The translations under genes and the position numbers were made by a program. A stretch of DNA of 64,000 nucleotides from Lytechinus pictus. Its lineage: Eukaryota. The notes beneath the pieces are model-generated. The model was not told the origin of the DNA. It did no database searches and worked only from the letters and a program-made list of their open reading frames with translations. The DNA is taken from assembly GCF_037042905.1 (NCBI RefSeq), contig NC_087251.1, positions 26,910,001 to 26,974,000 on the forward strand, written 5' to 3'. How positions within the stretch are numbered: position 1 is the first letter of the stretch; the number at the start of each line of letters is the position of its first letter. Positions 59,834 through 64,000 of this stretch are shown in pieces.

Positions 59834-62800
59834 GTAGGTCTTGCCCTTTCTTAAAACTCTTTTCCTTTTCACTTTTTTATCTGGGGAGGGATGGGGAATA
59901 GGGTGGGTACTGTTAACATTTAAGGTGAACATTGTATTGAGAATATTGTGAAAAAATGACCGGGGGGGGGGGGGGGGTCAGGCTTTGTTATAAGGTTATC
60001 TTTGAAGTGATAAAAATATAATTTGAAAGATGCTTGTATGGAATTAAAAAATGAAATCTAAAAAGTATTAAAATCATCCCTCGATTTCAGAACACCTTAA
60101 AAATTAGTTTGTCATCTTTTCCTAGGTGCTAAATGTCTCAAAATCATGATGGGGAAATGTATAGGCTACCCCAGGCAATTTCATCCTTTTTCCTGATTTT
60201 TTTCTAAGACTTCTAGCTTAAAAATACATGTACCCTTTAGCCTTAAGGTATGAGTAAGGTGGTCAACTTGTATTTGGTCATGTGTCTTGAACTCGCCCTA
60301 CAAAAAGGTGGTGTTGTAAACGCTTTTTCAATTTATATTCGGTAATATGATATCTTAGTTGAATGGAGAGATAGTGTAATGAAATTAATATCATTTTAAA
60401 GCTAAATATTTACTTTATTATTTCTGAAAAAAATTAGCACACATGAATTCTCAACACCTGGTAGAATGAAAAATGGTGAGGGGGGAAGTGGTACACATAA
60501 AGTCTATGGGAAAATCATGTTTCATATTTTAAACACGAATAACTTTGGTATGTAGGGGGCTAGAGACTTAATTTTGGTCTCATTTTAAAGCTTGAAGTGA
60601 GTAGTATAATAATCCAATACTCTACAATTTATTTCAATTAATTGATTGTTATTAGCAATAATTAAAACCTTAAAATTCCTTACATAAAGAACACCAAAAA
60701 TTTTCCCAAAGGAACCATTTATGATGCAATTTTTGGGCCAAATGGAGACGTTTATTATGAAATCGGTGTCATTGGAAAGCTGAGTAGAGGCTTTGTTATG
60801 GTTGATAGTATAAATTATATTTACATCATTTTGTAACTGTGATCATGGATAGAATGAATAAAATGACCTACAATGGGTGGTGGAATCAGTACATTACATG
60901 GGACTCTATAGCATTGTTGTATTGCTAGTATCAAACATGCGTATCGTTGGTTTGTAAGGTGCTAGACCTTTGATTTTGGTCTCATTTTACTGCTAAATAT
61001 AACCGGTATAATAATACACCTCTACACATACAAAGCGGTGCCTTCGGTGGATTTACAATATGGTGCGCCACCTATCGTTTGCAGCGGACAGGCCGAAATT
61101 TGCAATGCCTTATAGGAAAAAGTCGACATCTGTTGCGCGAGTGCATGCGATGTACTGCAATGGCCGACGTGGTTCGGCTGGCTTGCATAAAATAATGCTG
61201 TTTACAGGGTCCAAAGGGTAGGAGAGTAATTTGCTGCACATTTATTTGCGATATTTAGACCGTTTTTTGGGTGATTTTTTCTTCCGCTTTCTGGTTTTCA
61301 TTTTTGAAGCATCCCTGTCACATTACAGAACACTATTTTTTTGGTAGTGTTATATTGGAGAGCTGTATATGTAAAGTGCATAGAGCAGTTTTAATTGACT
61401 GTGTGCTACCAAGTATATATTATAAGCACAGTTTATTATTATTATTATTATCATCATCATCATCATCATTGTGTATTAAAGCCCAAGTTAAAAAAGTAAT
61501 TGTTTATGATTCTAGGCTAAAAAATCTTTTACAACTGTGTTTCTTGTGAAACACAATGAAATACTCTTGAAAAGTTGATGGAGATATTTTTAAGACGTGC
61601 TGAAGTCATATCTATATTTTAAGTACCCAGCCTGATATTTGTATAGGCCTTGTATTGGTCTTGTACTACACTGTGACCATATAAAGTTAATGAGTAACTT
61701 GGAGCCATTCCTACATGTAATTAAGATAACTCATTAACAGTTGTCAGCATGAAAACAGCAGATAACAGAATGCTAATTCTTAAGATTTCCTGTGGAAATT
61801 TTATTTTGGTAATTTTTGTTTGTTTGGAAGATGCTTGATGGTTTGAGCTGGTAGAATGTTCTTACACTAAAGAACTAGACTTGAAATTGTGATGTTCTCG
61901 AAAGTAGAATGTGAGATGTTGATAAAAATGCATTGAATTAGATTAAGAACAAGAAGGGGCAACTGGTGTTTCTTAACCTTTTTTCTGATTAGGTTATGCC
62001 TGAAATGTGTATGCAGATATTTGTACTTCACATAATTTAAAATCCTAGTCATGAATTAAAACTAGTTTGAACAAAGGAATTAAACCAACAAGTGAAAATT
62101 ATCTCCAGCTGCTAAAAGATGATGGAACAAAATTGTACAATTCAAATTAGAACAAAGGTGTACACCATTCCACCTTAAACTTATGTGATATACTTCATTG
62201 TAAAATAATACACACCAGCTACATGTAGTTAGATTTTACCCAATGTTCAATCATAGAGCTATTAACAGCTCCATGGTTCAATCGCACTCAGTTCAGTTCA
62301 CTCCTTTTTTTTCTTCTCCAAATTTTCATGAGTAATTGAGCAGGATACTGGTTGATTAGTGGGCTAAAGAATTACCTGAACCAATTTATACCAAGGCTGC
62401 ATGATCCACAGCTCTCCTGCAAAACCAGGAAGAGTCTCTCTGTATAGCCTGGTTTACACTCATACATGCAGTTACCTTACTATTTGTTTGAAAAAGTTAT
62501 AGTGTAGGCTATGTTGAAGGGATGTAAGAGCTAGGAAACTAAATGATAAAGTACATGTATAAACTATTGATGAATTATAACTTTTATTCGTGAGGCTGCT
62601 ACATACTGCATATCTAGGCATATTCTCAGACCATTTTTAGGATATGTGGCATCACATTTGAACATTGCTCTGTGACTCCATCTCTAAAGCTCTGTGGTAG
62701 GGACCTATATGTGATAATGTCTCAGAATACATCTGGGGCCCTCTTGCATAAAATCTGTCTTCTAATATTACCAACAAGCTAAAAATCAAATGGTGTTCTG

Positions 62801-64000
62801 TGTTTGACTGCCGAGATGTGTCCGCAAAGTAGGTTTTGATAGGGACCCTGCATGGTCTGGTGCCATTTTGAGAAGTTGCCTCATATCTGCGCAATTTTTC
62901 ACTCGTCAGAGTTTTTTTTATATATTGGTCATTGATCAAATTATCTAGAAGAACTCTGAGTGTATGCATAGTTAGCTTTGTCTGTCATACAGGAAGTTAT
63001 CTGCCCTACCCTTGGGCTTTCGATTTCTTCATCCATTGAATTACAGTCTGTTGAATTCTTGAGTAAATACTGGTTGAATAACGGACTCAACCAGGCAAGA
63101 CATTGATTTTTGTCAAGAGAGAAATGGAACAAAAAAAAGTTTGAAGAATGAATACTAGCTAAAAAAATTCAGCATTGTAACTTCGACAGTATACAAGTCT
63201 GAATGATTGGCGATGGAGAATACATTTGATCTGCATGAATCTTTTTTATATATAGCAGCAAACATGAGATTTCTTTCATTTGGTTTTCTCATACACACAC
63301 ACACTGCGGTGTGAACCATGTTAAAATGCAGCCAATATATATTCCGATGACATAAGGCACTCAGGCATGAACAATTCAATTGTCATAAAACGACTATCCT
63401 TGATAGACATTAGCCCTTTTCTTTTACACCTTCAAATGATTTTTGTGGCTTTTCCTGTATGTGTGGTTGATGATCTTGATCCATTATATGGGCAGTTAGA
63501 TTTTTAAATTTCGTATTTAATGGGATTTTTCAAAGCCGTTTTCATAGCTGTAAATGGTGGATTGATTTACAAATGAAATTTTTTGCATTGTGCTAATGGC
63601 AATAAGCTGATAATTATTTACTTTTCAGACAACAAAAATTTTCCTTAAATTCAGGAAATAGTAGGTCGGGCTAAATTTAAAGGGGGATCTTTAATAATGT
63701 GACTGACATTGTGTTTTAGTCTTTTGGGGGTGTGGTTTATGGGCTGACATTTTAGTCCACCATTTCCTGTGGTCTTTTGGTCTTCTTTCGTCTTCTTTTC
63801 CTTTCTGAATAGAAACACCAAAGAATATTTGCACAAGCTGTTTTCACATGAGGGTAGGGCAGTCATTTTAGACATTGAGAAAAGGGCAGGTTGGTTTATA
63901 TAGGGTCCATGCGTAGATGATATATACACAGTGAGCAACTCGGTGTTTTGTGGCCATTTTTTACCCCTTTTTCCTCCTTTTTAAAGCTGTTTACGATGTT

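Noticed and set aside
60233..61218. Possible old piggyBac-like element (CCCTTT...AAAGGG)
   Set aside because: TIR match is short and no TTAA TSD is present; not supportable.
62640..63940. Chain of short minus-strand ORFs suggesting a decayed coding sequence in the calpain intron
   Set aside because: No recognisable domain motif by eye; needs BLASTX or HMMER to decide.

Overview
AT-rich animal genomic DNA with spliceosomal introns. The repeat families and the 2A-bearing LINE suggest an echinoderm such as a sea urchin (inference). Three host genes are visible. (1) The 5' part of GANAB (ER glucosidase II alpha, GH31) on the minus strand: 13 coding exons between 477 and 16508, including a 25-nt microexon absent from the ORF track; the gene continues off the left edge. 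(2) A complete five-exon evectin/PLEKHB-like gene on the plus strand (35175-47067, about 337 aa), with a PH domain and an unusual His/Asp plus (GGGDF)n tail. (3) The first exons of a calpain on the plus strand (about 58680-59833). The rest is dense with transposable elements, many delimited by target-site duplications (TSDs). The standout is a near-intact CR1-group LINE whose polyprotein begins with a leader only partly shown by the ORF track: signal-like peptide, RSRR furin-like site, then a DVELNPGP 2A ribosome-skipping motif ahead of PHD, endonuclease and RT. A 6.5-kb stack of nested or adjacent inverted-repeat DNA elements (21369-27893) includes a foldback element carrying about 29 copies of an 18-bp palindrome. 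Also present: a 241-bp Penelope-like insert with a minimal hammerhead-ribozyme motif, and a 5'-truncated L1/Tx1 copy about 100 bp upstream of the putative calpain first exon. All calls were read by eye; no database searches were run.
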